From contig CBDEGI010000003.1 of assembly GCA_965237575.1 (NCBI GenBank), positions 1,993,952-2,057,951 on the forward strand: a stretch of DNA of 64,000 nucleotides. Direction: 5' to 3'. The notes below the pieces were generated by a model. The model made no database searches. It was not told where the DNA came from and saw only the letters and a list, made by a program, of their open reading frames with translations. Below are positions 1 through 10,333 of this stretch, piece after piece; position 1 is the stretch's first letter; each line of letters starts with the position of its first letter. Position numbers and translations under genes: made by a program. This stretch comes from Bryobacterales bacterium (GTDB lineage Bacteria > Acidobacteriota > Terriglobia > Bryobacterales > UBA6623).

Positions 1-477
1 AACTCGCGCCCCGTGGCAGGGGTGGTTTATGCCCCTGCGCGAGAATCGCTCTACTACGGCTCACTTTCCGATGGTGCCGCCGGCGCGTTCAAGGTGGAGG
101 GTGATGCCGCACCGGTGGCGCTTGACCCCTCGCCTCGCGGCTCTCCCCGCAAGGATGGCCGGTGGGTCATTGCCGGCAGCCTCTCGCACTCCACACCCGA
201 GATGGAGGCGTTCGTCGCCGAACAGCGGCGCGAGTACCCGCACATCGAGTTCATCGCCATGGGCAGCTCGCTGAAGATCTGCATGGTGGCCGACGGCACG
301 GCGGACGTTTATCCGCGCTTGGGCCCAACGATGGAGTGGGATACGGCCGCTGCGCACGCCGTCGCGAGTGCTGCCGGTTGCCAGGTCGTGCGCTACGGCA
401 GCGATGAAGAGCTGCGCTACAACAAGGAAAACCTGCTCAACGACTGGTTCGTCGTCAGGCGTACGGCTCCAGCCTGA
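1..477 (+). CDS. cysQ: 3'(2'),5'-bisphosphate nucleotidase / inositol-monophosphatase family protein, C-terminal part (5' end outside window)
   Basis: The frame is open from nt 1; the ORF track only starts it at an internal GTG at 13. The translation carries the IMPase/CysQ C-terminal signature SSLKICMVADGTADVYPRLGPTMEWDTAAAHAV. Stop at 475-477. Confidence 0.8.
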   Translation, partial: NSRPVAGVVYAPARESLYYGSLSDGAAGAFKVEGDAAPVALDPSPRGSPRKDGRWVIAGSLSHSTPEMEAFVAEQRREYPHIEFIAMGSSLKICMVADGTADVYPRLGPTMEWDTAAAHAVASAAGCQVVRYGSDEELRYNKENLLNDWFVVRRTAPA

Positions 478-535
478 CCGCCTCACGATTCCGCGTAAGA
501 CGGGGGACGGAGGCTCCCCATTTCATCTCGGTTTC

Positions 536-1921
536 TTACTCTCGTAGGGCCGTGGTCAGCTCGCGCGTAACTTCTTTGCCGTCCCCGAAGAGCATCAGGG
601 TGTTGTCGGCGGCGAATAGCTCGTTGGGGATGCCGGCGAAGCCCGCACTGAGGCTGCGCTTGATGACGAACACGGTCTGGGCCCTGTCGACATCGAGGAT
701 GGGCATTCCGTAGATGGGACTTGCCGGGTCTTCGCGCGCGGCCGGGTTCACGACGTCGTTGGCACCGAGCACGATGGCGACATCGGTCTCTCGGAAGGTA
801 GGGTTGATCGCATCCATGTCGAAGAGTTGGTCGTAGGGGACTTTAGCCTCGGCGAGCAGGACGTTCATGTGTCCCGGCATGCGACCGGCGACCGGATGGA
901 TGGCGTAGCGGACTTCCACGCCGCGTTTCTGCAACAAGTCGGCGAAATCGCGCACGGCGTGTTGGGCCTGCGCCACCGCCATGCCGTAGCCGGGCACGAT
1001 CGTCACGGTACGGGCGGCGTCGAGAATCATGGCGGCTTCTTCGGCATTTGCGCTCTTGACGCGGCCTTGATAGACGTCGGCGCCCTCTTCCTGAGTCGGC
1101 GCCGCCGCACCGAGGTCGCCCGACAAGACGTTAAAGAGCGACCGATTCATGGCCTTGCACATGATGTCGGTCAGGATGAAGCCCGACGCGCCGACCAGAG
1201 AACCGCTAATGATCAACACGTTGTTGCTCAGCACGAATCCGGTGGCCGCCGCTGCCAGCCCCGAAGCTGAGTTTAGTAGGGCAATGACGACGGGCATGTC
1301 CGCGCCGCCGACGGGGACGGTGAACAGGATGCCGTACAGGGCCGAGGCTGCCATCAGGACCCAGAAGACCTCGATCTGAGTCGGGTCGTAGGTGAAGTAC
1401 ACGGCACAACCGAGTCCGGCGACGATACACAGCGAACTCAGGATTTTCCAGATGCCTCCGCCGGGTTGCCAGTAAAGCACTTCCTGCAGCTTGGCCCAGG
1501 CGATGAGGCTGCCGGTGAACGTGGCGGCGCCAATCAAAGCGCTGGCGGCGCTAGCTCCATACATCTGGATCGGCGGTACACCCGTGAGCATCTCGGGCGC
1601 AAGCACCGCGGTGGCCGCGACCAGCGCGGACGCCGCTCCTCCAAAGCCATTGAAGGCGGCGACCAATTGTGGTATCGCCGTGATCGGCACTCTGAGCGCA
1701 AGAACCGCGCCGATCAAGCCGCCGATGACGATACCGGCCAAGATCAGCTCGAAGCTGATGATGTGACGATCGAGAAGGGTCGCCACGACGGCCAACAACA
1801 TGCCGAGTGCGCCCAAGAGGTTTCCTCGGCGGGCTGTCTTGGGTGACGTCAGTCCCTTGAGTCCAAGGATGAACAGGACCGAGGAAACGAGGTAGGCGAC
1901 GTTGATAAGGTTCTGCTGCAC
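536..1921 (-). CDS. pntB: NAD(P) transhydrogenase subunit beta
   Basis: 461 aa. The N-terminal half is polytopic membrane and the C-terminal half is the NADP(H)-binding dIII domain (GYGMAVAQAQH, HPVAGRMPGHMNVLLAEA, VLGANDVVNPAA). It is last in a pntAA-pntAB-pntB array. Confidence 0.93.
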   Translation of the reverse strand: MQQNLINVAYLVSSVLFILGLKGLTSPKTARRGNLLGALGMLLAVVATLLDRHIISFELILAGIVIGGLIGAVLALRVPITAIPQLVAAFNGFGGAASALVAATAVLAPEMLTGVPPIQMYGASAASALIGAATFTGSLIAWAKLQEVLYWQPGGGIWKILSSLCIVAGLGCAVYFTYDPTQIEVFWVLMAASALYGILFTVPVGGADMPVVIALLNSASGLAAAATGFVLSNNVLIISGSLVGASGFILTDIMCKAMNRSLFNVLSGDLGAAAPTQEEGADVYQGRVKSANAEEAAMILDAARTVTIVPGYGMAVAQAQHAVRDFADLLQKRGVEVRYAIHPVAGRMPGHMNVLLAEAKVPYDQLFDMDAINPTFRETDVAIVLGANDVVNPAAREDPASPIYGMPILDVDRAQTVFVIKRSLSAGFAGIPNELFAADNTLMLFGDGKEVTRELTTALRE

Positions 1922-1949
1922 GGTTCTATAACTGCTTCTGCTTACGGCC

Positions 1950-2231
1950 TTAGTCTTTGCGCTTGAACATCGACAGCATGCGGTGCGTCACAAGGAACCC
2001 GCCCACAACGTTGATGCTCGCCAGGATCACCGCACCCATTCCCAGATAGGTAGCCAGCGCGCTGTGGCCCGCCCCGGTCGCTACGAGAGCGCCGACCAGA
2101 CTAATGCCCGAGATTGCGTTCGAACCCGACATCAGCGGCGTGTGAAGGGTCGGCGGAATCTTCGTGATGACCTCAAAGCCGACGAAAACAGCCAGGGTGA
2201 AAATTGTCAGAGAGATGATGAACGATTCCAA
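1950..2231 (-). CDS. pntAB: NAD(P) transhydrogenase subunit alpha part 2 (small membrane subunit)
   Basis: 93-aa hydrophobic ORF (about 3 TM helices) lying exactly between the dI gene and pntB. This is the arrangement of split three-gene transhydrogenases. Confidence 0.88.
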   Translation of the reverse strand: MESFIISLTIFTLAVFVGFEVITKIPPTLHTPLMSGSNAISGISLVGALVATGAGHSALATYLGMGAVILASINVVGGFLVTHRMLSMFKRKD

Positions 2232-2235
2232 GGGA

Positions 2236-3396
2236 CTAGCCTCCTTCTTCTTCGAGCGTCTTCAGGACGGCCGTGTGAACGACGCGGCCCTCATGCGCTA
2301 CCAGCGTTCCCTGTACGATCTCGTCGTCGAGGTCGATGCGCAACTCACCCTCATGGATCAGCGAGAGCAGGAACGTCGAGACGTTTTTCGAGTACATCTG
2401 ACTGGCGTGGTAGGGCGTCTCGGCGGGCAGGTTGATCGGGCCAAGCACGATCACGCCGCCGCGCTCCACGCGTTGGCCAGGCTCGGTGATAGCACAGTTG
2501 CCGCCCTTCTCCGCCGCGAGATCGACGACCACCGTTCCCGGTGTAAGCCGCGCCGCCATCTCTTCGGAAATCAGGACGGGCGCCTTTTTGCCGGGCACGA
2601 GCGCCGTTGTGATAATCACGTCAGCCGCGGCCAGGTGCTCGGTGAGCAACTCCTGCTGGTGGCGGTAGAACTCCTCTGACTGCGCCGCCGCGTAGCCGCC
2701 CGCGGCTTGTGCGGACTCGGTTTCGACTCCCAGCTCCACGAACCGCGCGCCGAGGCTTTCGACCTGCTCCTTGACGACCGGACGCACATCATACGCCTCA
2801 ACGACCGCACCCAATCGCTGGGCCGTGGCGATCGCTTGCAAACCAGCCACGCCCGCTCCCAACACGAACACCCGTGCGGGGGTGATGGTTCCGGCGGCGG
2901 TTATCAGCATTGGGAACATCTTCGGCGAAGCATTCGCCGCCAGCAGCACGGCCTGGTAGCCTGCGATGTTGGCCATAGAACTAAGCACGTCCATGCTCTG
3001 CGCGCGTGTGATGCGGGGCATCAGCTCCATGGCGAAGGCGCTCAGGCGCCGGGTCGCTAAATCCGTGCCTGCGGCCGGTTCGGCCAGCGGCTCGAGCAAG
3101 CCGATGACGGCGGCGCCGGGCTTGAGCGCGTCGAGGGCGGCTGGGGGAAACTCACGATAGGCACCGGGGCCGCGCACCATCACCACCACGTCCGCTTCCG
3201 ACAACAGCCGCGCGCGGTCGGGCTCGATGCGGGCTCCCCGGCTCTCGTACTCTTGGTCGGAGTGAAGCGATGCTTCCCCGGCGCCCGCTTCGACCGTGAC
3301 GTCGACACCGGCCTGCGTGAGATCGTTCACGCCGGAGGGGATCAGCGCGACGCGCGTCTCCCCAGGAAAACTCTCCTTGATGACCGCTACGTTCAT
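2236..3396 (-). CDS. pntAA: NAD(P) transhydrogenase subunit alpha part 1 (dI, alanine-dehydrogenase-like)
   Basis: 386 aa with Rossmann motif VFVLGAGVAGLQAIATAQRLGA and an overall AlaDH/PNT fold pattern. A 4-nt gap separates it from pntAB. Confidence 0.92.
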   Translation of the reverse strand: MNVAVIKESFPGETRVALIPSGVNDLTQAGVDVTVEAGAGEASLHSDQEYESRGARIEPDRARLLSEADVVVMVRGPGAYREFPPAALDALKPGAAVIGLLEPLAEPAAGTDLATRRLSAFAMELMPRITRAQSMDVLSSMANIAGYQAVLLAANASPKMFPMLITAAGTITPARVFVLGAGVAGLQAIATAQRLGAVVEAYDVRPVVKEQVESLGARFVELGVETESAQAAGGYAAAQSEEFYRHQQELLTEHLAAADVIITTALVPGKKAPVLISEEMAARLTPGTVVVDLAAEKGGNCAITEPGQRVERGGVIVLGPINLPAETPYHASQMYSKNVSTFLLSLIHEGELRIDLDDEIVQGTLVAHEGRVVHTAVLKTLEEEGG

Positions 3397-3623
3397 TGTT
3401 GGCAGCTAGACTCGGGCACTATCGGCGGCAAAAGCGGAAACACGTTTCCTAAGACTGGCCCGATGGCCGATCCCGCTCCGCCACAACGTTCTGGGAATTG
3501 GAAGACTTGAGCCGACGCGCGAACCCTTACCCCGGCCCCCCCGGTTACCGAAAGCTTGCTGTTCTAACGCCGTGACCGTAAGATTGTGCTTGTCCCGATC
3601 CGGAGACCGGAGAACGAACCCCC

Positions 3624-5316
3624 ATGAAACGCCTGCTTCTCACCACCATCACGCTCGTCCCGTTAGTCCTCTCAGGCCAGGACAAGGTTGACCTCGCCTC
3701 GGTTCACCGCATCAAGCAAGAAGCCTTCGAGAACTCGCAAGTGATGGAACACTTATTCTACCTTGTCGATGTGCACGGTCCGCGGCTGACGGGATCGCCC
3801 GGTTTTCAGGGGGCTGCCGACTTCGCCGTCGAGCGGATGACGGAGTGGGGCCTCGCGAACGTGAAGCAGGAGAAGTGGGGACCGTTTGGGCAAGGCTGGT
3901 CGTACAGCCGCTTCTCGGCGCATCTGATCGTGCCGCAGTATGAAGCGTTGATCGGCGTGCCGATGGCGTGGAGCCCGGGGACCGACGGGGTGATCGCGGG
4001 CCGGCCAGTATTGGCCCCGCTCAAGACCCCGGGAATCTTGAAGCGTCGCGAGACCGAAGTCGACAGGTTTATTGAGAAGCATCGCGGCAAGTTGGGTGGG
4101 AAGATCGTAATGATCACAGCTCTCAAGGACGTCAAAGTCAGTGCGAAGCCGCTGCATCACCGCTTCTCAGGTGAGGAACTAAGCCGGCGGTCGAAGGCGC
4201 CTGTGCCGGTGCCGCCCATCGACTTCGACGATCCCGAGCTTGAGATACCCGACTTCGGAGAGAAGCGGCGCGACTTCTTCGTGCAAGCGCCCGTGTGGTT
4301 TCAGGAAAAGTACCGCAACGAGCGCCGCCGCGTGAAGAACAAACTCAACCAGTTCCTCTCCGACGAAGGCGTGCGGCTGGTGATCCATCCTGCCGCGCGG
4401 GGGACTGGCGGTACGGTCTTTCCACCGCGCGCGGGCACGCGACATGTGGAAGATTCGGTTCCCCCGCCGTCAATCGCCTTGACGCCGGAGCACTACAACC
4501 GCATTTTCCGTCTTGTCGACAAAGGCGTAAAGGTTCGCATCGAGGTCGAGACGGCGACGGCCTTTCATCGCGAAAAGCTTGATTCAATCAACGTCATCGG
4601 CGAGTTGCCGGGCGGCACCAAGAAGGAGGAGCTGGTGATGATTGGGGCGCATCTCGATTCCGTCGCCCCTGGGCTGGGCGCGACCGACAACGCCGCGGGC
4701 TGTGCGGTGATGATGGAGGTGATGCGCATCCTCAAGGCGCTCGATCTCAAGCTCGACCGCACCGTTCGCGTAGCGCTGTGGGGCGGCGAAGAGCAGAGCT
4801 TGTTGGGCTCGAAGGCCTATGTCAAGGAGCACTTCGGCGATCCCGAAACGATGACGTTGACCGGCCAACACGTACGGCTGGCCAGCTATTTCAACTACGA
4901 CAACGGCACCGGTAAGATCCGCGGCGTCTATCTACAGGGCAACGATATGGTGCGGCCGATCTTCCGGGGTTGGCTCGCTCCCTTCGCCGATGGTGCGGCC
5001 GATCTTCCGGGGTTGGCTCGCTCCCTTCGCCGATATGGGGGCATCGCTCTCGATTCGGAATACGGGAGGGACAGATCATCTGTCGTTCGATGCCGTCGGT
5101 CTGCCGGGGTTCCAGTTTATTCAGGACCCGGTGGAGTATTCCACGCGTTCGCATCATTCGAACATGGACGTGTACGACCGTATTCAGCCGGGGGATCTGA
5201 TGCAGGCCTCGGCAGTGATTGCATCGTTTGTGTATCACGCGGCGAATCGGGCGGAGAAGTTGCCGCGGAAGCCGTTGCCGAAGAAGCAACCGAAGGTGAA
5301 GCCGGGGAGTGAGTAA
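3624..5316 (+). pseudogene. M28 family metallopeptidase (secreted aminopeptidase-like), frameshifted by a 43-bp tandem duplication
   Basis: An N-terminal signal-like segment and M28 blocks (GAHLDS, DNAAGCAVMMEV, WGGEEQSLLGS) lie in frame 0 up to 4989. The conserved C-terminal block [16 protein letters not shown]...HHSNMDVYD continues only in frame +1 (ORF 4990..5316). The peptide [15 protein letters not shown] is encoded twice. Confidence 0.82.
4947..5032. repeat. Perfect head-to-tail tandem duplication, 2 x 43 bp
   Basis: 4947-4989 and 4990-5032 are both atggtgcggccgatcttccggggttggctcgctcccttcgccg, with zero mismatches. Confidence 0.97.
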
Positions 5317-5359
5317 AGCACTGCGGCCTAGGGCGCCGAGCACGGTTCGGCTCGAAGGG

Positions 5360-5923
5360 CTATGCCGTCGTGCGGCTGGCGGCTACGCGCTTGCGGCGGC
5401 GTTCCCGCTGGCGGGCGTTGCGCTGCTTCTTCTTGTCGCTCTCGGCGGCCACCCAGACGGCGAAGGCGTCGTCCGATTCAAAGTACAGGTCGTACTTGAG
5501 GTCATCGGTGAAGAATTCGCACGGCCCCTCCTCGTCCTCGGTGCCGTAGTCGCGGCAGATTTGCGGGCGGGTTTCGTAGATGCCGCAGCTATTGTCCGGC
5601 TGCAGATGCTTGCAGACAGTCCGGATCTCGATGTACCAGTCGCCGTCATCCATCCAAACGGCGACCCCTTCGTGCATGAGGTACCAGCGGATGTGCTCGT
5701 AATCCTCGTGAGCGGTCGGAGTGTCGATCGGCAGGGCGAAGTATTTGCAGCAGCGCGCCGTGCACAGATGGCACGGGGGCCCGTCCTTGGGGTTGGGCAT
5801 CTTGCTGGGATCCGGACGGAGCAGCAACGAAAGGGCGACGAAGCCCGAGGGTGGCCCGGTTTTGTCACCGGCGCCGTTGTTACTACTCACGGACAACTTG
5901 GAAGCTCTCTTTTGCCTCGGCAA
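5360..5923 (-). CDS. YkgJ-family cysteine-cluster (zinc/iron-chelating, UPF0153-like) protein
   Basis: CxxCxxCC motif (CHLCTARCCKYF) plus a distal C...C pair (CKHLQPDNSCGIYETRPQICRDY). The C-terminal tail is basic. The start is uncertain; the track start is TTG. Confidence 0.7.
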   Translation of the reverse strand: MPRQKRASKLSVSSNNGAGDKTGPPSGFVALSLLLRPDPSKMPNPKDGPPCHLCTARCCKYFALPIDTPTAHEDYEHIRWYLMHEGVAVWMDDGDWYIEIRTVCKHLQPDNSCGIYETRPQICRDYGTEDEEGPCEFFTDDLKYDLYFESDDAFAVWVAAESDKKKQRNARQRERRRKRVAASRTTA

Positions 5924-6207
5924 TCGCAGTCTCCTCGTCGGTTGGCCCCGTGGCTGAATGATGCCGCACCGGGGAGTCTCACAAGTAGCGACCTATAATA
6001 AGAAAGTCTAGCGGCCCTGTCGATCGAATAGTAGAGTTGTTCCGGGGAAGCATCCGCGTTCGGCATACGTAGTGGCGATCCGCAAGGTGGAGGCTGCACG
6101 CCGGGCGCTTCGACGACCGGACCTCACTTCCTCACGCGACGGTAGTCAGTTCCCGTTTCTGCCGTTAGACGCATTCGTTAGGCGCCCCCGTCGGACACCC
6201 GAGCCCC

Positions 6208-9200
6208 ATGCCTCAGGACGATCGTAGCAAGCTCCTCGATCAACTGCTCGACGAGCGCATCGTCGTGCTCGACGGAGCGATGGGCACGGCCATTCAGGAT
6301 TGCGAGTTGACCGCGGAGGATTTCGGCGGGGCTGACTTCGAAGGCTGCAACGAGAACCTCGTGCTCACGCGCCCGGATGTGATTCGCCACATCCATGCCC
6401 GGAACTTGGACGCGGGCGCGGACATCGTTGAAACGAACACGTTCGGCGGGACCGAGGTCGTGCTCACCGAGTACGGCCTCGAAGACCGCGCTCACGAAAT
6501 CAATCGCGAAGCGGCGAAGCTGGCTCGTGACGTCGCCGCCGAGCGCTCGACGGCCGCGCGCCCGCGTTTCGTGGCCGGCTCGTTGGGCCCGACGACGAAG
6601 GCGATTACGGTCACGGGCGGCATCACCTTCGATGAACTGATTCGCAACTTCCACGAGCAAGCGCGCGGGTTGCTGGAAGGCGGGGTTGACCTGCTGCTGC
6701 TCGAAACCTGCCAGGACACGCGCAACGTCAAGGCGGCTCTGATCGGCATTCACGCGGCTTTCGACGAACTCGCCTTCAAGCGGCCGGTGATGGTGTCGGG
6801 GACGATCGAGCCGATGGGGACGATGCTGGCCGGGCAAGCTTCCGACGCGCTGGTCGCATCCCTCGAGCATGTCGACTTGCTCTCGATCGGCCTCAACTGC
6901 GCCACGGGGCCCGAGTTTATGACCGACCACATTCGCACCATCCACGAGATGGCGCGAACGCGGGTGTCCTGCTATCCCAACGCGGGCCTGCCCAACGAGG
7001 ACGGGCTCTATCTGGAAACGCCGACGTCGCTGGCCTCCTCGCTCGAGCGCTTTGTTCGCAACGGTTGGCTCAATTTCATCGGCGGCTGCTGCGGGACCAC
7101 GCCCGAGCACATCCGCGCCATCGCGCAAATGGTCGAGGGCAAGGAGCCGCGGCGGCATCGCGGCCTGCGGAGAACGTACTACACCGGCATCGAGTTGATC
7201 GAAGCGAACAACGACAACCGTCCGCTGCTGGTTGGCGAGCGCACGAACGAGGTCGGCTCGCGTGCCTTCAAGCGGCTGATTACGAACGAGCAGTACGAAG
7301 AGGCTTCGGAGATCGGCCGCAGGCAGGTGAAGAACGGTGCGCAGGTCATCGACATCAACCTCGAGAATCCCGACCGCGAAGAGATGGACGATATCGACCG
7401 CTTCTACGAGAAGGTGATCCACAAGGTCAAAGCGCCGTTGATGATCGATACGACCAGCGCCGCCGCGGTCGAGCGGGCGCTGACCTACTGCCAGGGTAAG
7501 AGCATCATCAACTCGATCAACTTCGAGGACGGCGAAGAGCGCTTCAACCTCGTCCTGCCGTTGGCGAAGAAGTTTGGCGCGGCCGTGATTGTGGGCTCGA
7601 TCGATGAAGACAAGCAACAGGCGCAGGCCATCACACGCGAACGAAAGCTCGCCATCGCCGAGCGGGCTCGCAAGCTTTGTACCGAGCAGTGGGACTTCGC
7701 CGAGGAGAGCCTCGTTTTCGATCCGCTGGTCTTCCCCTGTGCGACCGGCGACAAGAACTACATCGGCAGTGCAGTGGAGACTATCGAGGCCGTGCGGCTG
7801 ATCAAGCAGGCGCTGCCACGCTCGAAGACCGTGCTCGGCGTAAGCAACGTTAGCTTCGGGCTGCCCGCGACCGCACGCGAGGTGGTCAATTCGGTGTTCC
7901 TCTATCACGCCACCAAGGCGGGGCTTGATCTGGCGATTGTGAATACCGAGAAGCTGGAGCGTTACGCGGCCATCCCCGAGGAGGAGAAGAAACTCACCGA
8001 GGATCTGCTGGCGAACTATCCGCCGGAGGGCTTTGACGCGCCGCGCGACCACCGCGAGCAGAGCGCCGAACAGAGGGCGCAAATCAACCAGCACCATATT
8101 GCCCGCATCACCGAGCACTTCCGTGGCGCCTCGTCGCGGACCAAGAAAGTCATCGCCGACTTGCCGCTCGATGAAAGGCTGGCCAACTACATCATCGAGG
8201 GCACCAAAGAGGGGCTGATCGACGACCTCGAACGCAAGCGCGCCGAAGGCCTGGCAGCCCTCGACATCATTAACGGTCCGCTGATGGACGGCATGAAAGA
8301 GGTGGGCCGCCTGTTCAACAACAACGAGTTGATCGTCGCCGAGGTGTTGCAGTCGGCCGAGGCAATGAAAACGGCCGTGAACCACTTGGAACAGTTCATG
8401 GACAAAGCGGAGGACGCGGCCAGGGGTAAAGTCGTCCTCGCGACGGTAAAGGGTGACGTCCACGACATCGGCAAAAACCTGGTTGACATCATCCTCAGCA
8501 ACAACGGCTACACGGTGATCAACTTGGGTATCAAGGTTCCGCCCGAAGATCTGATCGCGGCCTATCGCGAGCACCGTCCCGATGCCATTGGGCTTTCGGG
8601 GCTGCTGGTCAAGAGCGCGCAGCAGATGGTGGTTACCGCCACCGATCTGTGCGAAGCCGGCGTGAGCGTTCCGCTTCTGGTCGGCGGCGCGGCGCTGAGC
8701 GACAGCTTCACCCGCCGCAAGATCGCTTCGCAGTACGAGTCGGCCGTCTGCTACGCCAAGGACGCCATGACCGGGCTGAGCTTGATGAACTGCCTGATGG
8801 ACCCCGCCGAGCGGCAAGGTGTGTTCGACGCGCATCGCGCCGCAACCGCAGCCACGCACGTAGAGCGGCCGGAGCGGCCCGCGGAGTCTACCCGGCGCAG
8901 CTCTCGAGTGAGTATCGAGGCCGCGCCCTTGCCGCCGCCATACACCGGCCGCATGAAGCGCCACGTGCCGCAGCTTGACGAAATCTGGGGTTACATCAAC
9001 CCGCAGATGCTCTACGTGCGGCATTTGGGCTTCAAGGGTAATTTCGAGAAGAAGCTGGCCGAACGTGACCCGAAGGCGCTGGAACTGCTGCACGTCGTCG
9101 ATGAGGTGAAGGCCGAGGCCAAACAGTTCATGAGGGTCGGCGCCGTGTGGCAGTTTTTCGAGGCCGATAGCACGGGTAACACGCTGCGTGTGTACGAGGC

Positions 9201-9717
9201 GGGAGCCGTGCGTCCGGCGGCGGAATTCACTTTCCCGAGGCAGCGCCGTGACGATGGATTGTCGCTAGCCGATTTCATGATTCCCGCGCGTAACGGCACG
9301 CGGGATTCTCTCGCGGCATTCATCGTTGGGGCGGGTGAGTGTATTCGACAGCATGCCGAGGAGTACAAGCAACGCGGCGAGCTGCTGAAGTCACACGTGA
9401 TCCAGGCATTGGCGCTCGAGACGGCCGAGGCTTGTGCGGAGTGGTTGCATCGGCGCATCCGAGAGGACTGGGGTTTTCCCGACCCGCCCGAGACAACGAT
9501 GCTCGATCGTTTCAAGGCGAAGCACTGCGGGCGGCGCTACAGTTTTGGCTATCCAGCCTGCCCGGAGCTGGAGGATCAGCGGGGCCTGTTCGAGCTTCTG
9601 CGCCCGGAGGACATCGGGGTTAGCTTGACCGAGGGCTGCATGATGGAGCCCGAGGCGAGTGTCAGCGCGCTGGTCTTTCACCACCCCGACTGCATTTACT
9701 TTGATGTGAACAGTTGA
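6208..9717 (+). CDS. metH: Cobalamin-dependent methionine synthase
   Basis: 1169 aa with all modules in order: Hcy S-methyltransferase (GGCCGTTPEHI), pterin-binding, B12-binding DxHxxG (GDVHDIGKN) and the AdoMet reactivation domain. Confidence 0.97.
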   Translation: MPQDDRSKLLDQLLDERIVVLDGAMGTAIQDCELTAEDFGGADFEGCNENLVLTRPDVIRHIHARNLDAGADIVETNTFGGTEVVLTEYGLEDRAHEINREAAKLARDVAAERSTAARPRFVAGSLGPTTKAITVTGGITFDELIRNFHEQARGLLEGGVDLLLLETCQDTRNVKAALIGIHAAFDELAFKRPVMVSGTIEPMGTMLAGQASDALVASLEHVDLLSIGLNCATGPEFMTDHIRTIHEMARTRVSCYPNAGLPNEDGLYLETPTSLASSLERFVRNGWLNFIGGCCGTTPEHIRAIAQMVEGKEPRRHRGLRRTYYTGIELIEANNDNRPLLVGERTNEVGSRAFKRLITNEQYEEASEIGRRQVKNGAQVIDINLENPDREEMDDIDRFYEKVIHKVKAPLMIDTTSAAAVERALTYCQGKSIINSINFEDGEERFNLVLPLAKKFGAAVIVGSIDEDKQQAQAITRERKLAIAERARKLCTEQWDFAEESLVFDPLVFPCATGDKNYIGSAVETIEAVRLIKQALPRSKTVLGVSNVSFGLPATAREVVNSVFLYHATKAGLDLAIVNTEKLERYAAIPEEEKKLTEDLLANYPPEGFDAPRDHREQSAEQRAQINQHHIARITEHFRGASSRTKKVIADLPLDERLANYIIEGTKEGLIDDLERKRAEGLAALDIINGPLMDGMKEVGRLFNNNELIVAEVLQSAEAMKTAVNHLEQFMDKAEDAARGKVVLATVKGDVHDIGKNLVDIILSNNGYTVINLGIKVPPEDLIAAYREHRPDAIGLSGLLVKSAQQMVVTATDLCEAGVSVPLLVGGAALSDSFTRRKIASQYESAVCYAKDAMTGLSLMNCLMDPAERQGVFDAHRAATAATHVERPERPAESTRRSSRVSIEAAPLPPPYTGRMKRHVPQLDEIWGYINPQMLYVRHLGFKGNFEKKLAERDPKALELLHVVDEVKAEAKQFMRVGAVWQFFEADSTGNTLRVYEAGAVRPAAEFTFPRQRRDDGLSLADFMIPARNGTRDSLAAFIVGAGECIRQHAEEYKQRGELLKSHVIQALALETAEACAEWLHRRIREDWGFPDPPETTMLDRFKAKHCGRRYSFGYPACPELEDQRGLFELLRPEDIGVSLTEGCMMEPEASVSALVFHHPDCIYFDVNS

Positions 9718-9769
9718 TAATGAGAAGCCGGTTCCGCTGTTTGCGGTCCGGTGATATGCTGAATCTGCG

Positions 9770-10273
9770 ATGGCAACAAAGACGCTAGTTTCCGTTGATG
9801 AGTACCTTGAGATGGCGTTCGAGGGTACGGATGCTGAATATGTCGACGGCGAGATTCTGGAGCGTGGCATGCCGGAGGTTCTGCACAGCAAAGTACAGAC
9901 GCGTCTCATCCAACTCTTTACTCCGTTCTGCCGTCAGGCGTCGTTGCACCTCCTTCCTGAGCTTCGACTGCGAGTCTCGGCGACTCGTGTCCGCGTGGCC
10001 GACTTCGTTGTAGTCCAAGGGGACGAGCCGTCCGAACAGGTGCCGACCACTCCCCCTTTGGTGGTTGCTGAAATCGTCTCCCGGCACGACAGTCACACCG
10101 AGATCACGCGCAAGCTCGAAGAGTACCGTGATTGGGGCGTGGCTCACGTCTGGCTGATCGATCCCTGGGTGAAGAGGCTCTACGTGTTCAAAGACGGCGA
10201 CTTTTCGACCGTCCAGAAGTTTCGGCTGCCGGATCTCGGGATCGAACTCTCCAGCGAAGAAATATTTCAGTAG
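9770..10273 (+). CDS. Uma2-family (DUF820) putative endonuclease
   Basis: 167 aa. It shows the typical Uma2 layout: EYLEM...AEYVDGEI, VADFVVV, PPLVVAEIVS, YRDWGVAHVWLIDP. Confidence 0.78.
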   Translation: MATKTLVSVDEYLEMAFEGTDAEYVDGEILERGMPEVLHSKVQTRLIQLFTPFCRQASLHLLPELRLRVSATRVRVADFVVVQGDEPSEQVPTTPPLVVAEIVSRHDSHTEITRKLEEYRDWGVAHVWLIDPWVKRLYVFKDGDFSTVQKFRLPDLGIELSSEEIFQ

Positions 10274-10333
10274 TTGCCGAGACCGACCCTGGCGGCACCC
10301 TCGGCGGAGCGCTCCGACCAGTCCCCCGAGCCT

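Noticed and set aside
5033-5312. C-terminal ~100 aa of the 562-aa ORF 3624..5312 as a novel domain
   Set aside because: It is the out-of-frame read-through created by the 43-bp duplication. The real conserved C-terminus is in the +1 frame.
6178-9093. 971-aa ORF antisense to metH
   Set aside because: It lies entirely inside and opposite the well-supported metH gene. The translation is Arg/Ala/Gly/Leu/Val-rich with no recognisable domain. This is the classic high-GC shadow ORF, because stop codons are rare on the antisense strand of GC3-rich genes.
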